Of a stretch of 64,000 bases of DNA, positions 57,120-64,000 are shown piece by piece; position 1 is the first letter of the stretch, and each line of letters starts with the position of its first letter. Under the pieces are notes generated by a model. It did not search any database. It was not told the DNA's origin and saw only the letters and a program-made list of their open reading frames with translations. This DNA comes from Spirochaetia bacterium. GTDB lineage: Bacteria > Spirochaetota > Spirochaetia > DSM-2461. Location of the stretch: assembly GCA_963668315.1 (NCBI GenBank), contig OY764216.1, positions 4,032,001-4,096,000 on the forward strand. Direction: 5' to 3'. Both the position numbers and the translations under genes were made by a program.

Positions 57120-58127
57120 TTATATACGTCCCGTTGAAGTCCGGACTTTCAGTTCCGAGTGGAGCATGACTTTCCTCTCTTCACCCTGCTGATCACCGCA
57201 TATTCTGTGATGCAGCTGCTCCATGGCCATCTCTCCAATCCGGAATTTAGGCTGACGGATGGTACTGAGACCGATCATGGGCAGCGAAGCAAAGGGGATA
57301 TCGTCATAGCCGATCACCGACACATCGTCGGGGACCCTAAGGCCCGCCTCATTCAGGGCTTCCATCACCCCAATGGCCATAAGATCGTTCAGAGCGAACA
57401 CCGCCGTGGGAATTTCTGTACGGCCGGAGAGAATACGCGCCATGGCGTCACGGCCGCAGTCCCTCCCCTTAAGCCCCTCATCATCGATAAAGACATCGGA
57501 ATTCAGCCCGTTCTCCTCCATGACACGGCAATATCCCTTGACTCTGTCCGACCGGGTCTTCGTATTCAGATCATCGCAGATCATCGTGATTCTCCGGTGT
57601 CCCAGCTCCACAAGATGGGCAGCCGCCAGCATGGCGCCCTGGTAATTATCGCTTCCCACATAGTCATCCATGGTATCGTTGACCTTGCCCCCGAAATAGA
57701 TAATGGGAATCTGATTCTTCACGGCCTCCTTGATGTGGGAGATATCATTGCCGACGGGCCCCACCAGCAATCCGGCCACACGGTTCTCCATCATGATGGA
57801 GATGTACTTTCTCTCGCTTTCCAGATCCCTTTTCGTATCCCCCAGCAGCAGGGTATAGCCGTATTCCATGGCCTTCTCATTTATTCCCTTATAGATAACG
57901 GGATATATCGGCGTGGAAATATCGGGAATCAGTACACCCACCGTTTTATTGCCCTGCTTCACAAGATTCCGGGCGATCATGTTGGGCGTATATCCCAGCT
58001 CCCGGCTTATCCTAAGGATTTTGTCCCGGGTGGCTTCTCCGATATCGGGCTGACCATTCAGTGCCTTTGACACGGCGGCTGCCGAAACACCCGCTTTCCT
58101 GGCAATGTCCTTTATGGTAACCCTCAT
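57120..58127 (-). CDS. LacI-family regulator (2)
   Basis: TIKDIARKAGVSAAAVSK HTH, PNMIARNL, VIGYDD. Confidence 0.95.
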   Translation of the reverse strand: MRVTIKDIARKAGVSAAAVSKALNGQPDIGEATRDKILRISRELGYTPNMIARNLVKQGNKTVGVLIPDISTPIYPVIYKGINEKAMEYGYTLLLGDTKRDLESERKYISIMMENRVAGLLVGPVGNDISHIKEAVKNQIPIIYFGGKVNDTMDDYVGSDNYQGAMLAAAHLVELGHRRITMICDDLNTKTRSDRVKGYCRVMEENGLNSDVFIDDEGLKGRDCGRDAMARILSGRTEIPTAVFALNDLMAIGVMEALNEAGLRVPDDVSVIGYDDIPFASLPMIGLSTIRQPKFRIGEMAMEQLHHRICGDQQGEERKVMLHSELKVRTSTGRI

Positions 58128-58142
58128 TTCCGCCGACTCCTT

Positions 58143-58187
58143 CTTAATCGTTTAAGTAATTCTACACCCACTTCCTCCGCAGGTCAA
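58143..58187 (-). promoter_or_regulatory. Promoter of LacI regulator 2 with operator CTTAATCGTTTAAG
   Basis: TTGACC (58187-58182), 17 bp, TAGAAT (58164-58159); operator 58143-58156. Confidence 0.72.
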
Positions 58188-58268
58188 TGATTTTATGCAC
58201 CCGAACCGGGAATATTTCAGGGCGGTACATCTGAAAAATCCGGCATATTTCACTGACCTGCCCCCTGT

Positions 58269-59144
58269 TCAGCCTTTATACCCGATTTCGGCCATTCTCT
58301 CGTACACCTCTTCCTCGGTACCGCTGAAGGGACCGGGCGCTTCCATTTTAATGGAGCAGAGCGCCGCAGCGTAATAAACCGATTCTTCCGGACCGGCGGT
58401 CAGCCTTTTCGCCATATAGGCCGCGAAAGTCGTATCGCCCCTTCCCGTCCGGCCCGAAAGGTTTTTCGGATTGTAGGGGGCCCTGTAGAGACTCTCGTCC
58501 ATCACAAGGAGTACTTCGTTATTATGGGTCAGGATGACTTCCCGGGCGCCCTTTTCCGCCAGATAACGGGCGGCGATCTCCCTGTCCTTGACACCCGTCA
58601 GGATTTCCGCTTCCGCCGCATCCGCCTTGAAGTAGGTGATATAGGGCATGTAACGGTCGATATTGTCCCAGTTTCTGAAAAGGAGTTCCCCCTCTTCGCT
58701 GCAGCGCAGAAGCCCCTGGGCATCAATTCCCACCTGACCCTTATCGGCCAGAAAGGGGATGAATTCGTCGGGGATCTCCCCCCGGAAAAGTCCCGCCAGA
58801 TGATAAATCCGGCTGTCCGATTCGGGAAAACGGTCTACCCGGAAAGGATCGGCCTGGGACAGCAGGGTCACCTCGCGCCTTTCCCTGTCCTCGGAAAGAT
58901 AGCGGTTTTCAATACTCGTGGTATCCCGGGAATCCACCCGTGTCACCCGGACGTTCTGCTTCCTCATAATATCCAGGGAGGAATCGTCCTCTTCCCGGCA
59001 GGCCGTGATGACATGGACATCGACCCCGGTCAGGGCGGCGGCTATGGACGAATAGATTACCGGACCACCGGTGAACTTCTGCACTTCCTCTCCATAGATC
59101 ATAATATCCTTCGAGATATGACCGATCATAGTAATATCAAACAT
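58269..59144 (-). CDS. PfkB/ribokinase-family kinase with PPi-dependent signature (2)
   Basis: YFKAD, PYNPKNLSGRTGRGDT, SIKM; paralogue of 50427-51308. Confidence 0.88.
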   Translation of the reverse strand: MFDITMIGHISKDIMIYGEEVQKFTGGPVIYSSIAAALTGVDVHVITACREEDDSSLDIMRKQNVRVTRVDSRDTTSIENRYLSEDRERREVTLLSQADPFRVDRFPESDSRIYHLAGLFRGEIPDEFIPFLADKGQVGIDAQGLLRCSEEGELLFRNWDNIDRYMPYITYFKADAAEAEILTGVKDREIAARYLAEKGAREVILTHNNEVLLVMDESLYRAPYNPKNLSGRTGRGDTTFAAYMAKRLTAGPEESVYYAAALCSIKMEAPGPFSGTEEEVYERMAEIGYKG

Positions 59145-59949
59145 CTTTTTCCTCCATCAGGGAGTTGAGGACGATCCCCACTCCGTCTTTATTATTCTCG
59201 GGGGCGACCAGATCGGCGGCTTCGCGGACTTCCTTCCTGCCGTTGGACATGGCCACTCCCATTCCTGCCATTTGTATCATCTCCAGATCGTTGAGATTGT
59301 CGCCGAAACAGATAACCTCATCCAGAGAGAGTCCCAGATGGGAAGCCAGATCCTTCAAGGCCTTTCCCTTATTTGTCCCCTCGGGCAGTATTTCCAGGTA
59401 GGTATTTTCCGACTGCACCAGATTGGCGCGACAGTCGGTCCCTTCCCTGAAAAGCTTCCGGAACTTATCAAAATACCGGTTATCCCCGATCATGAGGATT
59501 TTGGTAATCTGCTTGTCAATGATTCGCTGCAGATCCGGCACCACGGCGCAGGTGAAACCGTCTCCCTTCTCGTAGGCTTTCACCGCATCGGTTCGGCGGA
59601 GTATATAGGCCTCGCCGCGGGAGTAGAAAATAAAATCAAAGGGAAAGCCGGGAATAAGGGAAGCCGCCCGGCGCACCTCCGCGGGGGTGAGGCAGAGGTC
59701 CTTTATGACCTCCCCCGTATGGGGGTTGTAGATTCGGGCGCCGTTATAGAGAATGACCGGGACCCTGATAGCAAGATCACGGCAATAGGAGGCTACCGAT
59801 TTTTCTATCCGGCCGGTGGCGAGGGAGAGTTCTCCCCCCTCCCTTCTGAAGCGCTCAATGGCTTCCCTGTTCACCGGAGAAACGACTTTGCTGTCGTTGA
59901 CGAGAGTTCCGTCGATATCGCAGACCACGAGCTTGTAGGGAGTTTTCAC
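59137..59949 (-). CDS. Cof-type HAD phosphatase (class IIB)
   Basis: DIDGTL, LATGR, YNGA, NKG, FGDNLNDLEM. Confidence 0.93.
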   Translation of the reverse strand: MKTPYKLVVCDIDGTLVNDSKVVSPVNREAIERFRREGGELSLATGRIEKSVASYCRDLAIRVPVILYNGARIYNPHTGEVIKDLCLTPAEVRRAASLIPGFPFDFIFYSRGEAYILRRTDAVKAYEKGDGFTCAVVPDLQRIIDKQITKILMIGDNRYFDKFRKLFREGTDCRANLVQSENTYLEILPEGTNKGKALKDLASHLGLSLDEVICFGDNLNDLEMIQMAGMGVAMSNGRKEVREAADLVAPENNKDGVGIVLNSLMEEKDV

Positions 59950-61082
59950 TTACCCTCCTCGCCGTTCTCTTCCAGAAGACGGATGCTTTCCAGATTCAGA
60001 AGGAGACTGACTTCATCGTCCACCCGGTAAATTTTCGATTCCTGGGGACAGTAGGATTCCACACGCACGCTCCTTCCCCTGACCTCGACTTCGTACTCGA
60101 CGAAATTCCCGAAGAATACCGCTTTTCGCACTTTCCCTTCCAGTTTTTCCGCCCCGCGGTCCGCCAGGCGTACGGCTTCGGGGCGTATCACAGCCGTGCC
60201 CCTGCCCGTCCGTTTCCCGAAAGCCTTCCCGGGACGGCTCAGGCCGTATTTTTCCCCCAGGATTTCCACCGTCGCCTCATCCCCCGTAAAGGAAAGGACC
60301 TCCGCGGGGAGAAAATTGGACTTGCCGATAAAATCGGCCACGAAGAGAGAGTTCGGCTCATTGTAGAGCTCCGCCGGGCTTCCGACCTGCCGGATTTTCC
60401 CGTCCTTCATCAGGACGACCTTATCGGATATCGCCATGGCCTCCGACTGATCGTGGGTTACATAAAGACTGGTAATACCCAGCCTCTTCTGGAGGGCCCG
60501 CAGTTCGTCTCTCATATACTCCCTCAGTTTCGCGTCCAGATTGGAGAGGGGCTCATCAAAAAGCAGCACCTTCGGCTCAATAACCACCGCCCGGGCCAGG
60601 GCAACCCGCTGCTGCTGGCCCCCGGAGATCTTTGAGGGAAGCCGGTTCTCCAGCCCCCGGATCTGCATCAGGTCGATGATCTGATTGGCCCGTCTCTCCA
60701 CCTCCTCCGCGGGAAGCTTCTGGAGCTTCAGGCCGTAGCAGATATTCTTGTACACCGTCATATGGGGAAAGAGGGCATAGCTCTGAAACATCATGGCCAT
60801 ATCCCTTTTGTTCGGGGGAACCGATTCAATGGAACTGTCCCCCAGAAAGAGCGAACCGGATGTGATGCTCTCAAAGCCGGCCACCATTCGGAGCGTGGTG
60901 GTTTTGCCGCATCCCGACGGCCCCAGAAGAGTGGTCAGCTCCCCCGCATTGATATCCAGATTAATCCCGTCCACGGCGGTGAACTCCCCCTTGCCGTCGA
61001 GGCTGGGGAATTTCTTGGTCAGATCGACCAGCTTCAGACCGCGGCTTTTCGCTTTGATTTCTTCTTCTATTTTATTTTTCAT
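59946..61082 (-). CDS. ABC transporter ATPase
   Basis: GPSGCGKTT, ISGGQQQR, LFDEP, VTHDQ. Confidence 0.96.
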   Translation of the reverse strand: MKNKIEEEIKAKSRGLKLVDLTKKFPSLDGKGEFTAVDGINLDINAGELTTLLGPSGCGKTTTLRMVAGFESITSGSLFLGDSSIESVPPNKRDMAMMFQSYALFPHMTVYKNICYGLKLQKLPAEEVERRANQIIDLMQIRGLENRLPSKISGGQQQRVALARAVVIEPKVLLFDEPLSNLDAKLREYMRDELRALQKRLGITSLYVTHDQSEAMAISDKVVLMKDGKIRQVGSPAELYNEPNSLFVADFIGKSNFLPAEVLSFTGDEATVEILGEKYGLSRPGKAFGKRTGRGTAVIRPEAVRLADRGAEKLEGKVRKAVFFGNFVEYEVEVRGRSVRVESYCPQESKIYRVDDEVSLLLNLESIRLLEENGEEGK

Positions 61083-62772
61083 GAGACTTTCTTCCTTTCC
61101 TTTCCGGCTTTTCCGGATTAATTCTTTCCACCAGAATATTGAGCATGTAAATGGCTGTGATGATGACGGCGATCATAATGACGATATAGGCGGCCGCGTC
61201 GCTGTACTGACTGACTTCAAAGAGGGAGAAGATTCTCGTGGTGACCACATTCCACCTTGCCGAGACCAGGAAAATGATGGCGCTTACCGCCGTCATGGCC
61301 CGGACAAAGGAGTAGACCAGACCGGAGAAGAAAGCTCCTTTAATGAGCGGCAGGGTCACATGGAAAAAGGTTTGGAAGCTGTTGGCCCCCATATTGACAG
61401 AGGCTTCCTCTATGGAGGGGTCAATCTGCATCAGAGCCGATGAGGCGCCTTCGATACCAACCGGCAGATTTCTGAAAACGAAAACACAGATCAGTATCAG
61501 CGCCGTTCCGGTCAGGAGGAAAGGCCTGTCGTTAAAGGCCAGAATAAAACTGATTCCCACGACCGTACCGGGCAGGGCAAATGTCAGGAGGGAGGCGAGG
61601 CTCATATACTTTTTGCCGATGAAACTCTTCCTCACGGTAAGAAAGGCGATGGCCATGCCCGTCAGGCCCGTGAGGGGCGTGGCGATAACGGCCAGCAGAA
61701 CGGCATTCTTCAGGGGCTTGAACCCGATGGAAAAGACGTATCGGAAATGATCCAGAGTGGGAGCGTAATTTATTCCCCAGACCTTGACGAAGGCTCCTAC
61801 GATGACGGTGCCGTAGAAAAGGACGATTATCCCGCTGAAAAGAAGACAGAAGGTAATGAGGGGAATGACAATATGCCTCTCGCTCAGGCGAACCCTGTGC
61901 TGGGAAGGCTTACCGGTGACGGTGACGAACCCCTTGCCGCTTACCCAGTATTTCTGCAGAAGAAAGGCGATAAGGCTGGGAAGGAGAAGCATAATGGAAA
62001 GTATGGCGCCGGTCCGTAAATCGTACATGCCCGTTATGACCCGGTAGGCTTCCACTCCCAGGGTGGGAAAGCCCCCCCCGATAACGGCGGGATTGCTGAA
62101 ATCCTGCAGGGATTGGATGAATACGAGAAGGAGGGCGCTGAATATTCCCGGCAGGGAGAGGGGAAAAGTCACGGTCCAGAAGATCTTCCAGCGGGAGGCG
62201 CCCAGATTGAGGGCGGCGTCCTCCACGGAAGAGTCGATCGCCTGAAGGATTCCCGAAAGGGTAAGATAGGCCACGGGAAAAAAGGAGAGTGACTGCACAA
62301 GAATCAGACTGTGCATGCCGTAGACGTTGAAATCGGTTATCCCCAGGAGATTGTTGGTAATGATCCCCTTTCTTCCGAAGAGGAAAATGATCGACAGGGA
62401 GAGGACAAAGGGGGGTGAGATAACGGGAAGAGTCGCCATCGTCTTCAGGAATCCCCGGAACGGGGCGGCGGTTCTGGTTATGGTAAAGGCGAATAGATAG
62501 CCGACCACAGTGGCGATCACGGCGGATATAGCGCCCAGTTTTATGCTGTTGAAAAATGTCGTTCGGTAGGATCTGTTCATAAGAACGTCCCCGATCGTTT
62601 CAAAGGTGATACTCCCGTTTTCAGAGGTAATACTGTAGCGGAGTATCATAAAAAGCGGATACATGACGAAAAGAGTCAGCAAAGCTATCAGTATTATAAT
62701 GAATATCAGAAGAACCGGCTCTTTTCTGAGCATTTTCAGTTTCCAAAATAGATCTTTCAGTGAGTTTCTCAT
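61072..62772 (-). CDS. ABC permease, AfuB/FbpB-type
   Basis: VEDAALNLGA and IEEASVNMGA loops; start reassigned to MRNSLK at 62772. Confidence 0.9.
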   Translation of the reverse strand: MRNSLKDLFWKLKMLRKEPVLLIFIIILIALLTLFVMYPLFMILRYSITSENGSITFETIGDVLMNRSYRTTFFNSIKLGAISAVIATVVGYLFAFTITRTAAPFRGFLKTMATLPVISPPFVLSLSIIFLFGRKGIITNNLLGITDFNVYGMHSLILVQSLSFFPVAYLTLSGILQAIDSSVEDAALNLGASRWKIFWTVTFPLSLPGIFSALLLVFIQSLQDFSNPAVIGGGFPTLGVEAYRVITGMYDLRTGAILSIMLLLPSLIAFLLQKYWVSGKGFVTVTGKPSQHRVRLSERHIVIPLITFCLLFSGIIVLFYGTVIVGAFVKVWGINYAPTLDHFRYVFSIGFKPLKNAVLLAVIATPLTGLTGMAIAFLTVRKSFIGKKYMSLASLLTFALPGTVVGISFILAFNDRPFLLTGTALILICVFVFRNLPVGIEGASSALMQIDPSIEEASVNMGANSFQTFFHVTLPLIKGAFFSGLVYSFVRAMTAVSAIIFLVSARWNVVTTRIFSLFEVSQYSDAAAYIVIMIAVIITAIYMLNILVERINPEKPERKGRKSHEK

Positions 62773-62794
62773 ATATGTCTCTGTGTATTGACGA

Positions 62795-62850
62795 ACCTTC
62801 CCTTCCCCCGTTCCGCCAGGGAAACGGAGAGAGAGAAGGAAAAGGGGCAC
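62795..62850 (-). other. Stem-loop between binding-protein and permease genes
   Basis: On the minus strand a pyrimidine run (CCTTCTCTCTCTCCGTTT) can pair with a purine run (GGAACGGGGGAAGGGAAGG) using G-U pairs. Confidence 0.5.
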
Positions 62851-63909
62851 TTATTTCAGATTGTCCGCGCTGGCGACTACCTGGGTAAATTCTTCGATGA
62901 GCCGCTTGCGGTTCTCTCCGGCCCATATGAAATCATAATCAATGATGGGAAGATCCTTGATGTTGACAGCCCCGTCAGGAACGATGGCGTTTACATTGAC
63001 AGGAAGACGGAAGGAGCCGTTCTGTGAATAGATATCCTGTCCTTTCTTGCTCAGAACCCAGTCGATGAAGGCATGGGCGTTCTCCTGCTCCTCGGCGGGT
63101 CCGTCCTTGATAAGGGCGATGGCTCCGATCTCATAGCCCGTTCCCTCTTCGGGGAAGGAGATCTCAACGGGATAGCCCTGCACGGCGGGCTTGAGGCAGT
63201 CATGGGAAAAGGAGAGCCCCACCGCCGCTTCGCCGAGGCCGACGTTCTTCGGGGGAGCCGATCCGGATTTGGTATACTGCCTGATGTTGCTGTTGAGCTT
63301 GCCGAGATACTCCATGGCCTCTTCTTCGCCCAGCATCTGAACAAGGGTCGCCAGGATCGTATAGGCCGTGCCGGAGGAACCGGGATGGGCCATGGAAATC
63401 TGATCCTTATAGACCGGATCGAGCAGATCATTCCAGGAAGAAGGATAGGCCAGTCCCCTGTCGGCGAACCATCCCTTATCCACGGCGAAAGCCAGAGCTC
63501 CCACATACACAGGGGACCACATCCCGGCGGGATCGCGGTAGCTTTCGGGGATATTCTTCAATTCGGGCGAACTGTAGGGTTCCAGAAGACCGTTTCCCGC
63601 AGCGGCGATAAAGGTATCGCAGTTGCCGCCGTACCAGACGCTGGCCTGGGGATTATTCTTCTCGACCTGTACTTTTGACAGAATCTCTCCGGCGGAGAGG
63701 CGGACAAAATCCACGGAAATGCCCGTATCTTCCTTGAAGGCCTCCACATAGGAAGGGATCTCCGTCTCGGGCAGGGCACAATAGATGGTAAGCCGCTTCG
63801 AACCGCTCCCGTCCTGGTCTCCCGAGGCGGCCAGGGTGCAGGGGATACCGGCCAGCATAATGCAAAAAGCGATGAATCCGACATGAAGGGATCTGAATCT
63901 TGTTTTCAT
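62851..63909 (-). CDS. ABC substrate-binding protein (AfuA-like)
   Basis: Signal peptide; RLSAGE, NPQASVWYGG, HPGSSGTAY, FSHD, GTGYEIG; GAGGAG RBS before ATG 63909. Confidence 0.9.
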   Translation of the reverse strand: MKTRFRSLHVGFIAFCIMLAGIPCTLAASGDQDGSGSKRLTIYCALPETEIPSYVEAFKEDTGISVDFVRLSAGEILSKVQVEKNNPQASVWYGGNCDTFIAAAGNGLLEPYSSPELKNIPESYRDPAGMWSPVYVGALAFAVDKGWFADRGLAYPSSWNDLLDPVYKDQISMAHPGSSGTAYTILATLVQMLGEEEAMEYLGKLNSNIRQYTKSGSAPPKNVGLGEAAVGLSFSHDCLKPAVQGYPVEISFPEEGTGYEIGAIALIKDGPAEEQENAHAFIDWVLSKKGQDIYSQNGSFRLPVNVNAIVPDGAVNIKDLPIIDYDFIWAGENRKRLIEEFTQVVASADNLK

Positions 63910-63940
63910 AAAAACTCCTCTAATTTTTTTCACTTCCTGA

Positions 63941-63990
63941 GCACACGTGTGCGTTAAAGTTATAATAAAGCCACAATGTCAGATTGTAAA
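63941..63990 (-). promoter_or_regulatory. Promoter with palindromic LacI-type operator GCACACGTGTGC
   Basis: TTTACA (63990-63985), 17 bp, TATTAT (63967-63962); perfect CG-centred palindrome 63941-63952. Confidence 0.7.
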
Positions 63991-64000
63991 GTTTTTTTTG

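Noticed and set aside
51365..63909. Ferric iron uptake systems
   Set aside because: Family resemblance only; LacI operators, phosphatases and sugar kinases point to phosphorylated carbohydrates.

Overview
64 kb of a bacterial chromosome, most consistent with a free-living spirochaete (Spirochaetaceae-like): uvrA lies next to a large LptD-like gene and the rrn spacer holds only tRNA-Ile. The taxonomic call is an inference. Contents in order: 3' part of lon; a STAS/anti-sigma pair; a complete minus-strand rRNA operon (16S, tRNA-Ile, 23S, 5S) with tandem promoters; a 37-bp tandem repeat and a GC-rich REP-like element upstream of it; housekeeping genes (lptD-like, uvrA, ispG, rsmE, yhhQ, tex, GH2 beta-galactosidase); and a decayed island at tRNA-Gly (truncated integrase, intact IS3, metal-homeostasis genes). 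Next come a tightly packed seven-gene D-amino-acid/5-oxoproline operon beside murD (DUF1445, DUF4392, pxpB, pxpA, pxpC, a D-amino-acid-transaminase-like enzyme, alr), a patatin-Omp85 protein and a candidate sRNA. The window ends with two paralogous LacI-controlled ABC transporter/phosphatase/kinase modules whose ribokinase-family kinases carry the pyrophosphate-dependent signature. Best candidates for undescribed biology: (1) the D-Glu cyclase + oxoprolinase + DAAT + Alr operon; (2) the twin PPi-kinase sugar/inositol-phosphate modules; (3) a CxxC leader ORF whose stop codon can pair with the next gene's SD; (4) the anti-RBS sRNA candidate. All family calls come from motif recognition by eye; no searches were run.
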